This document shows positions 11,354-22,332 of a stretch of 64,000 nucleotides of DNA, in pieces. Origin of the DNA: Macrostomum lignano (Eukaryota). Location of the stretch: assembly GCA_002269645.1 (NCBI GenBank), contig NIVC01001939.1, forward strand, positions 1 through 64,000, read 5' to 3'. The first letter of the stretch is position 1. Each line of letters begins with the position of its first letter. The position numbers were made by a program, and so were the translations under genes. The notes below the pieces were generated by a model. It had not been told where the DNA came from and did not search any database. It worked only from the letters and a program-made list of their open reading frames with translations.

Positions 11354-14300
11354 TTACTCCTCTTCCTCCGTGTAAGCTTTGCCCCAGATTAGCGAGCAGC
11401 ACACGCTAGAATGGAATCTGAACAGGATAGCAAAGGGCAGGCCGATGTGCATGACCAGGCGATAGCCAAGTACAGAGATGCGCCCGTTCAACAGCTCGCT
11501 AGCGACTCCGTCCATCCGGCTGCTCTCGAAGGTGCCCAGCAGCCACAGGGCCAAGTTGATGCCTAGCAGGGCGGCGATGCAGCCTCGGCCGGGCTTTTTT
11601 TCTAGCAGATCCGGCCGGCTGGACCGGCGACGGAGGCCGTCCAGCAGAAGCGGCGCCTGCATCACGGCCTGGCCTAAGCCTAGCAGCCCTGCCAGGCCTT
11701 CCATGGTGGCCAGCTCCACAGGGTAAACCCAGGCATTGGCTAGCAGGGCGCATAGCATGAATATGCAGTAGATCAGGTCACCGAGGAAAGCTGCGATCTG
11801 CGAATTGGCGGTTTCATCCGTTTCTCAAGTGGCTGGGGCGTGGGTTTCACAAACGCGAAATTTCATAACCGCTAAATGTCATCTACTTTCACAACCGCGA
11901 AACTTCACAACCGCTAAAAATGTTGCACATACTTTCATATACTGCAGTCTTTTTAGCGGTTGTGAAATTTCGCGTTTGTGAAAGCAACCCTGGCTGGGGT
12001 GGTGCAGTGTGGCCGATTCTTAAATGGCTGGGGTGGGTGCAGTGAGGCCGATTCTTAAATGGCTGGGGTGGTGCAGTGTGGCCGATTCTTAAATGGCTGG
12101 GGTGGTGCAGTGTGGCCGATTCTTAAATGGCTGGGGTGGTGCAGTGAGGCCGATTCTTAAATGGCTGGGGTGGTGCAGTGTGGCCGATTCTTAAATGGCT
12201 GGGGTGGTGCAGTGTGGCCGATTCTTAAATGGCTGGGGTGGGTGCAGTGAGGCCAATTCTTAAATGGCTGGGGTGGGTGCAGTGAGGCCGATTCTTAAAT
12301 GGCTGGGGTGGTGCAGTGTGGCCGATTCTTAAATGGCTGGGGTGGTGCAGTGTGGCCGATTCTTAAATGGCTGGGGTGGTGCAGTGTGGCCGATTCTTAA
12401 ATGGCTGGGGTGGGTGCAGTGAGGTCGATTCTTAAATGGCTGGGGTGGTGCAGTGTGGCCGATTCTTAAATGGCTGGGGTGGTGCAGTGTGGCCGATTTT
12501 TTAATGGCTGGGGTGGTGCAGTGAGGCCGATTCTTAAATGGCTGGGGTGGTGCAGTGAGGCCGATTCTTAAATGGCTGGGGTGGTGCAGTGTGGCCGATT
12601 CTTAAATGGCTGGGGTGGTGCAGTGAGGCCGATTCTTAAATGGCTGGGGTGGTGCAGTGTGGCCGATTCTTAAATGGCTGGGGTGGTGCAGTGTGGCCGA
12701 TTCTTAAATGGCTGGGGTGGTGCAGTGAGGCCGATTCTTAAATGGCTGGGGTGGTGCAGTGTGGCCGATTCTTAAATGGCTGGGGTGGTGCAGTGTGGCC
12801 GATTCTTAAATGGCTGGGGTGGGTGCAGTGAGGCCGATTCTTAAATGGCTGGGGTGGTGCAGTGTGGCCGATTCTTAAATGGCTGGGGTGGTGCAGTGTG
12901 GCCGATTTTTTAATGGCTGGGGTGGTGCAGTGAGGCCGATTCTTAAATGGCTGGGGTGGGTGCAGTGAGGCCGATTCTTAAATGGCTGGGGTGGGTGCAG
13001 TGAGGCCGATTCTTAAATGGCTGGGGTGGTACTGTGAGACTCGATTTTCAGGGGCTGGGTGGTACTGTGAGACCCGATTTTCAGGGGCTGGGTGGTGCTG
13101 TGAGACCAGATTCCCAGTGCCTAGAGTGAGGCCCGTGCTGTGCTGTGAGACTCGATTCTCTCAGTGGCTGGGGTGGTGTTGCGAGGTCGATTCCCATTGG
13201 CTGGGGTGGTGCTGAGGCCGATTCTTATTGGCTGGGCCGTTGGGTAGTACTGTGAGTTGGATTCTCTGTGGCTGGGGTGGTGCTGAGGCCGATTCTTATT
13301 GGCTGGGCCGTTGGGTGGTGCCGTGAGGCAGATTCTCAGTGGCTGGGGTGGTGCTTGATATGGCTACAGTCTGCAGGTCTACTCGCATTCGACGAGAAAA
13401 TTGCGTACCCGCAATGCGCCGGGAAATACTTGTATATGTATACAGTACAAACTAATTAATTTATTAGATAGAAGCCACTAGCATTTAAAGGCTAAAGCCT
13501 AAATTCGATAAAATTGCTAGTAATCAAAGTGTATCTAGTTCGCATGATTGTTATTACGCTCGGGTGAAAATCAGAGATTAGAATAGCTGCATGTTGAGGG
13601 TTCTTTTTTAAGTGTGACCACATTATTTAGGCGGCACAATTGCAATAAATTTACCAATAGCCTATCATCAAAGGCGTGCCGTTCGGCGCTGAAAACTCCA
13701 GTTGGCGCAAACGGCACAGAGCCGGCACAGAGGCTGCAATAGCGGCCAGGTGTAGCAGAGCCGTATGGATCAGGTAAGCCAGAGCGGCGGCTTTGCGATC
13801 TTTCAACGATAATACGCAGATGCACACGGCCAATGTGACAATGAAAGCGGCCGCGCCAATGGCTGGGCCAATCAGATCGCGCACAGTCAGTTCAATGTTC
13901 AGTTGGCGCAGCCAATCAGCTTTCTCGGCGCGTTCTGCTGGTGGTCGCATTAAGATAAGGGGAGATGGCTGTACGGTAGTCAATGTACGAGCGTACCTTG
14001 AATTAGAATGTAAGATTTCGAATGAACTGGCGTGTTGCATTGTATACAATATAGTCTACCAACATATTGAGAATTGAATCTCTTAAAGTACAAATTTCAC
14101 TGTATCAACTATAAAACAATGTACGAAGTAGAAAAATGCATACAGTTCGCTTGCTGTGTGTACATGTGTAACCAACGCGACGTAGCAACAGTTACATTAC
14201 AAATGAAAGTACAACAGAAATGTGTTAGCATAAACTACAATGATAAGTTTAGCGTTCTTATTACGGCTATTTTTGTACCTATGGTGAAAATTGTGTAGTT

Positions 14301-16378
14301 TTAAGACGATGCATTGTTATTGTTTGCCCCCGAGTAGCTATTGTTAGTTACAGATTCAAAGCAAAGCTCATCGTGATGCAATAATATGTGCAGTACTTGA
14401 GCACTATGCATAGAAAATAAATAGGTACAGTATATTGTTGTTAGTACTCATATAAACAGGTAAAATCATAATACTCATTATCCATTAAGATTATTTAGAA
14501 ACGCTTCAAGTCCCATAGTTCGATTCCGAGTGTATAAGCCTTGAATCAGTTTAGCCTTTGGCTTTTTTTGAGCGGCTGGCTCACTAGTGCCAACTTGAGA
14601 CACCGAGTGAAGACACTTTAGTACACCCTGCGTATGGCTATGCGTTATGTACAGAGATCAGATTAATTGGCTCTTGTTATATTATACCGTTAGGACTTTT
14701 AGTAGCTGCATACGCATATAACATACTTTACCACTGTACATAAAATACAAATGATTAATAATCATTGACGTGCTGTAAATTATAAATTTTTTTTTCTGCA
14801 CCATTGTCTCTGACGTCTGAACGGAATCGAACGTAATACATTACACTCCATACCACAGTACGGTAGAGAACAGTCCAGCTTTGCATAGCACTTAGGAGTA
14901 TGTGCATTTAATGATATAATAATCAATGCCCATCATCCATAACAACAGCGCCTAACGCTGTAATTATCAGTAACAGATTGCTACGACTACTGTTTCATCA
15001 ATACTTCATTTAGTTTTTTTAAAAGATCTGAACACAAGTGAACAAAAGGCAATTGCGTTCATAATCTATTTTTAAAAATAAATTTGCGAAGCAAAACACC
15101 ATACGGCATTGTGCAACAGTGTATAACTGATCATAGAAATGCACTAGATGAACCGCAAGAATTAGAACTGATACGTTTTTGTAAACAATTTGACGCACAA
15201 AAACAATAAATTAAATAAAAATGCAAATAATTGAAAGTAAAACGTGATCATTGCATTTAAAACATAACGAAACAATCTCAGAATAAAGAATATAAATAAA
15301 ACCGGCATCATACTACTACTATATACTGATATTTAGCAAACGCACCCTCTCGATTATCGCCGCTGCTGTTCGAGCGTTGCCGCAGCCGGCTATTCTCCCC
15401 AGTCTCCTCCGACTCGCAGTTGGCATTGGTCTCGGCCGGGGCCGACTGCTTGGCTTCTACCATCCGGTGATCGCCAACATAGGCTAGCAGTTGCAGGGCC
15501 ATGGGCCCAGCTAGCAGAGCAAACTCAACTTTCGCCGGACTGAGAAACGGATCAAGAGAATCGATGGCCGCCCGACCATTCGGACAAGCGGCCGAGGCAT
15601 TCAAAGCGGCGGAGGTGGCCGTGGCATTGGTTTTGCCAAGCGGCCTAGCTAGAACTACAGCAATAGTGATTTCCGCAACTGAACTGTGAGCCCACAGGCA
15701 CAGACAGGCGGTGAGCAGGTGGCCCAGCAGGGCAGTTATAAAGCCTCTGTGCTGCAAGAAAATTGCCCTATGCCCGAAAGCCAACAGGCTGCCAGATGCG
15801 ACTACAAACAGTAGCTGACAGGCGTAGAGAGCAGTTTGAAACGGATTGCCTGTGCAGGCTGGCTTGTTGCCATCTAGATAGGGCGCCGACATGTGCAACA
15901 AATCCAAGGCAACCGTGCCAGCAACGAACAGCGCCAGGCCAGCCCGCAGGTAAGCATTGAAGCCTTCGCCGCAGTGGGCAACGAATGGCAGACTAGCCAC
16001 TGAGCCATCTTCAAAGCGGACATCGCTTGGCGCGGCAACCGCAGTAGAATTGTCCGTCTGCGGCGGCGGCGCGACACCGGCTAGCCGGTGGCCCAGACTG
16101 AGAGATTCCATGCGAATCTGCCTACGCTGAGAGTGGTAGCGACTTTCGCGATTGCGCCACATGTAGACGCCAAGAGCGACGCAGGACCCGATGCCGGTTA
16201 AATAGACAATGAAAAAGAATGCCTCGTGAAATTGGGTGCTCTCCGCGCGATCGCCGGTCATGGCGAAGTACACGCTGGTTGATAGGCCGATAGAAAAAAT
16301 CACCAGGGTGTACACTAAGCCAAGGCTGTGCCGAAGAAAGATTAATGACTTTTCTTCGTCTCGCTTTTCCTGCTCCAT
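11354..16378 (-). CDS. OTOP: Otopetrin-family proton channel, 3 exons: 16378-15346, 13937-13655 (apparent frameshift near 13692-13695), 11797-11354
   Basis: Otopetrin signatures: YLRAGLALF, HLLTACLCLW..E, PFLSP..VEF, FDDRLL, QAVMQ..LDGLRRR..KPGR, NLALW..TFE and C-terminal PFAILFRFHSSVC...W...Y. Exon 1/2 phases match (1). Exons 2/3 join in phase 0 only through the shifted frame. Confidence 0.85.
11845..11983. mobile_element. Small inverted-repeat (MITE-like) element in otopetrin intron 2
   Basis: 32-bp arms at 11845-11876 and 11952-11983 are reverse complements with 1 mismatch. A third arm-like copy lies inside. Confidence 0.6.
11991..13355. repeat. 34-bp G-rich minisatellite (tggctggggtggtgcagtgtggccgattcttaaa) in otopetrin intron 2
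   Basis: About 30 near-identical units to ~13030, then a degenerate tail. Confidence 0.95.
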
Positions 16379-17155
16379 TGCTGCTTGTTGTGCAATCCAG
16401 TTTCTGTTAGATTAATATTTGTTTATTTATATAACAACAGCAACAGATCGAAACTAAAGATGCTGGAAATGTTATAGGAACATAGCAATTATAGCTAGCT
16501 ATATACAACTGATTCAATGGTAAATATACATACACATTTATATAATGAATAAATGCCATTTAAATGGCCACCAAAGAATTGCCAAAAAATAATTGAAAAA
16601 AATGACATACAAATATGATACAGTATAGAGCTCCCCTCACCCTACAACCCCAAGGACACACAAAATTATGATCCTATCAAAACTGCAACTAATGTATTAC
16701 ATAAACATGAAGAAGCCCAACTTTGCATCTATTCTGTTGTACTTTACCCTTTGGTCTTAATTTTGTCTATTTAACCATGTTCAACTCTATATAGACTTAC
16801 AAACTATAATACACTAAAAACTCTATCTTAATTCCTGAATCAAACATAAGAAAACTATTCCTAATCCTAATCATATCTAATGACTTTAATTGTAGAAAAT
16901 TGTTTTTTAAGGTTTATTTAGCTTTTCTTTTTTGACCTGTATTAGATAGGCTTAGTTGGCTAATTATCATATATATATATATATATATATATAAACATAT
17001 TATCCTATTGTCCTAAAGCCAAGGGGTTATATAGCTAAAAACTTAAAACTAAAATTATAGCCTAATGGTAAAATTTTGGACTTACAAATAGAAGGTTAGA
17101 GGTTCAATTCTCATTTTTTCCTAATTATTTTTGGAACTATTTATACCTCTGAGAG

Positions 17156-17416
17156 CAAAGGTAGATTTAGGGGGGTGGGGCAGCCATCTTCCCTTCTATA
17201 ATAGCTTGACAGAACATATTGCACCCTAAAAAAAAATAATTTGCACCCCTAAACTTGATTTTTTTACCTCAAAATGCCTTTTGAGCACCACTAAACTTGA
17301 TTTTTTGCACCCTAAATGCATTTTTTATGCTCCCTAGCTTAAAAGTTGGCACCTTTTATACTTGTGTTGGCATCCCAAACTTGGACTGCCTCCCACCAAA
17401 ATGAAATCTGCCACTG
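17156..17416. mobile_element. hAT-like MITE (261 bp) with 8-bp TSD TCTGAGAG
   Basis: TSD at 17148-17155 and 17417-17424. Ends CAAAGGTAGATTT and AAATCTGCCACTG are degenerate TIRs. An 8-bp TSD with CAG-type termini is typical of hAT. Confidence 0.75.
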
Positions 17417-19894
17417 TCTGAGAGATACTAACTTTATATTATAGTGCTTATAGTTTATAAGGCCTATCTCTATATATTAGGTTAGAATTATAAATATTAT
17501 TATTTTATAGATATAAATATATATACTATTATATACATTATTTAAGTTGTTAGTATACTAGATCTAAGATTTATAACAACAATATATAATATTATTTGTT
17601 CCTTGCATAGGCCAAGTATTTTGGTTTATTTTAGACCTAGCTATGCAAAAGGCATCTTAACTTTTTATAAAAAACTAGGAACTAGGTAATATTTTTTTAA
17701 GGTTTAGAATTGATAAATATATATATATACAACATATCATATATATAATATGCACAACACCTAGCCAAGCCAACCCAAGGATCTAACTAAGATAAGTCAC
17801 AAAAAATGTGGCATCTAGTTAATCTAGCAATAGGATGATTCAGGGACAGATAATTAAAGATGGTCAAAATGGGGACAGTCAATCCTGAGACAATGTATAA
17901 TAAAAAACTATTAAATCAGCTATTTGGTATTTTGATAGATTAGAGAACTATCATTATATTTATTATGATTATTATGATTGTTATTATTATAATTATATAT
18001 ATTATTATTATTTTATATATCAATTTTTTAATAAAATATATATAGAAATAGTTGCCCAGATTGGAATATAGTGGGTTCAAAATCTGCAAGTTTCAATAGA
18101 TTGTTTCTTATAATTGTATAATATTCTGCCTCTCTCAAAATCCACAAAAATGGTTAACATACTACTTATACATTTCATTCAGTAGTACAATTGTCAAGTT
18201 AAACCCCATCTACAATTCATCATAGGTCATGTATGACCTACATTAGTCAGTTCAAACCCCACCTATGATTCATCATTTGGCTTGCACCCAGTTTGCACCC
18301 GGATGAACCAATCAAATGCAATAGAAAACTACTAGCTACAGTAACCAATCATGCGCATTTGCAGTAGACTAGTTGCGCAATTTTCTGCCTTGTCATGCTT
18401 GACAGCAACCAAAGCATGACCCTTTGAAATTTACAAAAAAGGTGATGGACAACCTTGAGAGAGGTCTATTTGCCTATAAATACAAGTGGTCCAAAGTGGA
18501 CCCAGAGCTAAAAAATTGACTTGTGGAAGGAGAAGAAGTTCCAAAGAGGAAGAAATGGTCTTCCTACCAAAGAAGATTCTTTGAGTTCTTGTGGTAAGCC
18601 TTACTCAGTTGTGCCAGTAGTTTGAGATGTCTCATTTGTATTGAGTTTGAGTCTGTTGAGACTCTTGAGTCTATTTAGACTCCATTGGTTGCAATCTCCA
18701 GAAGGACTACCCTAATAGATCTTCGAAGACTATCAGTGATTACTGGAGCTTTACCTAGAGTGCATTAAGTCATTGCTAGAAGGAGAAGGCTTCTTTGATA
18801 CTGCAGTTTGGTGCAGGGATCCCATTGTTAATTTGAAGCTTCCTATTGGTCTGAACAACAGATACCAGCCAGCAAGAGACAAAGAAGACCACTGGACTAG
18901 GCTCCAAGAGCTAACCAGCTAATCTGCAAGACGTCAATAGACCACTTGCAAGAACTACTGATCAGGACTCAAAGTAATAAATACCTTCATTTGATTACTA
19001 GGTTGCCTAGCTAAGTGCTAAAACTGATTGTTCTTTGATCACTGAGAAAAGTCTCAATAATAAGGAATACATCATAATGATAATATTGCTATTGCTTTGA
19101 AAAAGAGGAAACTACATTAAATTGATATGTTCTTTAATCTTATTAAAGGCCACATATTAGTTTTATAATCAAATATACTAATACATTAAAACATTTGATG
19201 TGACACCCTAAATTATGTCAAAAGTATAGCCATATTGTACAATTTTTTATTAGAAAAGATATTATCATAAAATAAATTCTCTAGGCCTACATATAAATAA
19301 AAAACTATATGTAAAGTTAGACAATTGCTGGAGTTCTAGAACTAGAACCCATTTTTAATGGATATAGATCTAGCACTCTTTTGTAGGCAGTTATCTACTA
19401 ACAAAGTCTTTGAACATTAGAAGTATCTTGTTTTGAATCTTACACTGGATACATTTTCATTGAATTTTCAATTGTACGCCAACAAATTTAAATGTACACC
19501 AACTTTCTTAATGTGTGCCAACAAAAACAAAAACAGAAATTAAACATAACCAGAAGTCAGAATTAGAACAGTACATGTATATTATAAATGGTCAATAAAT
19601 ATTTAAATTTAAATTTAAATTACAAAAAATTGATAATGAGATGACAATTGTTGTGACAATTCCGATAATTGAAATGATTAGGCCTAGTAAATGAGAAAAT
19701 AGTAGAAGAAAAAATGGTTTTTGAAATAACTTAACACAGAAAAATGCACAAAAAATTATTTATATTAATTTGTGCACTAGTTGTGTATGCCACACTATAT
19801 GCCACACTGTACACAGCCAAAAAAATGTACGCTGGTATACGCCACAAAACTAAGTATACGCTGGAATATTCCGATGTACACCTCTCCTTTTGCA

Positions 19895-20137
19895 ATATGG
19901 CTGCCCCCTCCAAAAATTTCTTGATAGAACATATTGCACCCCCTAAAAACCTAAGTTTGTGCCTCTTAAACTTGATTTTTTGCCTCCTAACACCTTTTTT
20001 GCACACTTAAGCTGATATATTTTACCTTTTGTACATATTTTTGTGCCTCCTAGCTTAAAAATTGGCACTTTTTATATTTATGTTGATGCCACAAACTTAG
20101 ATCACCTCCTCAAAATGAAACTCTAGATCCGCCACTA
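19895..20137. mobile_element. Second, left-truncated copy of the same hAT-like MITE family
   Basis: Colinear with 17180-17416; ends in tagatccgccacta. Confidence 0.65.
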
Positions 20138-20689
20138 ATTATTATAATACGACTACTAGTATCCATAGCTAATAGAAAATAGGTTCTAGTGCCAGAACTC
20201 TAGCCATTATTGTAAAATTGTCTATAGGCCTTATTTAAAATCTAAAACTACAATAGGCCTACAAAATCTATTGCTCAATTATCTATTGCCACTTTGATTA
20301 TTGCCAGATTGATTATCTAGTAGTAGTAGGCCTACTAGATTAACTTGAAGTTCAAAACTTATTATCCCAAAAATATAAAGTAGATAGGGGCTTAACAAAT
20401 AACAAGGTATTTAGCCTTAATAATATAATTATAAATAGGAAGAAGGCCACTTCCGCCATTTACCTAAAATTATAATAGAAGATTTACCTAAATTTGCTAG
20501 GGCTAGCTTGGGACAATTATTTTTGTTTAAGGTGTTAGGCTTCTTTTATAATAGGTCTAGAGCTTAACCTTAAGTCATATTTTTTGTCAAAAAGTAGGCT
20601 TTTACTTAGCCCTAAGTTACATGGCCAATGTCGGCCTAAATCAAAAAGATTGCACATGACATACATGACATAGGCCTAATGTCATGATG

Positions 20690-20891
20690 GGTATCCAGTC
20701 AATCCGGCGACAAGACAATCCGGCGACAGACAATCCGGCAACAGTCAATCCAGCAACAGATGATCCGGCAACAGATATTAAATCAAGATATATCAGCATA
20801 TAGTTTATTAGTTAAGCTATTATTTTTTTCAGAAAAAAATTCAGAATAATATATGTTGATTTAATATCTGTTGCCGGATTGTCTGGAAGCC
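20690..20891. mobile_element. 202-bp MITE with GG...CC termini and 8-bp TSD TCATGATG (Merlin- or hAT-like)
   Basis: TIRs ggtatccagtcaatccggcgaca and tgttgccggattgtctggaagcc. TSD at 20682-20689 and 20892-20899. Confidence 0.75.
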
Positions 20892-20908
20892 TCATGATGT
20901 ATGGTATA

Positions 20909-21149
20909 GGACCAAGATTGCCATACACCAAGACCGCCATACTTGGGGGAGCTAAGGGAGAAATTTGACTCAATGTTATTAGATGGTGCTAGAGACTGAG
21001 AGGAGATAAGTGGCTAAGAGAGCCAGCAAGACAAGGATGTAAGAAAAAAAATCTACAAGAGGAATAGCAATACTAGAATATTGGTAGCTCCCTCAATACC
21101 AGTAGCCAGCTATAGCTGTGGTGGTCTTGGTGTATGGCGGTCTTATTCA
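20909..21149. mobile_element. TIR-bounded non-autonomous element
   Basis: Left caagattgccatacaccaagaccgcc and right ggtggtcttggtgtatggcggtctt are inverted repeats. A second copy lies at 24553-24727. Confidence 0.6.
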
Positions 21150-22332
21150 TGCGCCTAATGTATATTATGCCTAGCTATATATGCCTAGAATAATCTAAGG
21201 AGGCAAAAAGGGGTCGTTCACGAATACTTGGATAGAGTAGGTCTAAATTTTTTTAACATTGGCTTGAGCTTTTTTGCTATTGACATTGTTAGGCCTACTG
21301 CAACTGCTGTAATGTAAGAAAAAGAAAGATTGGATACTTTCAGCTGTGAAAAAGATTGTTTTTTACTAGAGATTTCGGTTTTAACATTATTAGTTTTTAT
21401 AACATAATGACTAATGTTAATAAAATTTTCGGCCACAATAACTTTTTTCATGTTTAAAAATGTAACAAGTCACAACAAAATTTGCTAGCTTGAAACACTG
21501 TTTTTTCACTTGTGTAAGTATGTAAACGAAAATATTTAATAAAATTTTGATTCGTTTTTTATAGGCCTAGAGCATAAGAATACTTTTTTACTTCATTTGT
21601 GTTTACATAAGTTTTTTAAAACTTATAAAGGCCGTTAAGGTTAAAAAATTTCCCGCGTGTGCGTGATCTAAGCACTCAGTACTCAGTAGTAAGGTCTAGG
21701 ACTACTGAAGTAGAAGGATGAAAAACTGTTTTCTTGGGATACATTTTACTGAAGAAATTCATTATGTAGAATGAAAGTTTTCAATTTTACAGTAGGGGCC
21801 CTAGTAGGCCTACTAAAATTAGTTTTGGTTTTTAATAGAACAGAAGAGTGCCAAGTGAAAGACAGATACAGATCCAATGAATGTTTATATTTTTATACCT
21901 TGCTTCTCTTATAGCCCTATTGCCATTGATATTCGTAGAGTTTTTTGTTTCGAAAATTAATATTATATGTTAATATAAATTTGTATATTCTATGTCAATC
22001 TATGATATGTATATAAATCATAGGCCAACAGTAGCCCCACTATGTAATTATTGTTATATAGCAAGTAAAATTGCCTATATTATTATGCCATTACTATTAA
22101 TGGCATAGCCCCACACAGGTCAATTATAAATATGAGGGTCTATTTATGATTTTTATTTTATTATTTTTATGGGCCCAATTCGCAATTGATTTTTTGAATA
22201 ATTTTAAAAATATTTTTTCTGTAGGCCTAGGTTATAGTTTTTCAAATAGTAGGCCTAGTATAGGGCCTAATGCTTAGCATGCTGCATAGTATACCAAAAT
22301 TCTAACATATGCCTATATGGGCTATGGCATAG

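Noticed and set aside
11991-13030. CRISPR-like appearance of regularly spaced 30-35-bp repeats (also at 2729 and 34845)
   Set aside because: Units are head-to-tail with no unique spacers, there are no cas genes, and the context is eukaryotic.
13685-13705. Programmed -1 ribosomal frameshift in otopetrin
   Set aside because: No X_XXY_YYZ slippery heptamer at the site; an indel is more parsimonious.
17060-17115. tRNA gene
   Set aside because: Only degenerate A/B boxes and no pairing cloverleaf; more likely a decayed SINE head. The SINE heads at 30560-30612, 33140-33190 and 39741-39802 are likewise not functional tRNAs.
21197-21645. Possible TIR element (GGGGTCGTTCAC... / ...TTAAGGTTAA) and a 77-aa ORF
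   Set aside because: No matching opposite TIR or TSD could be established.
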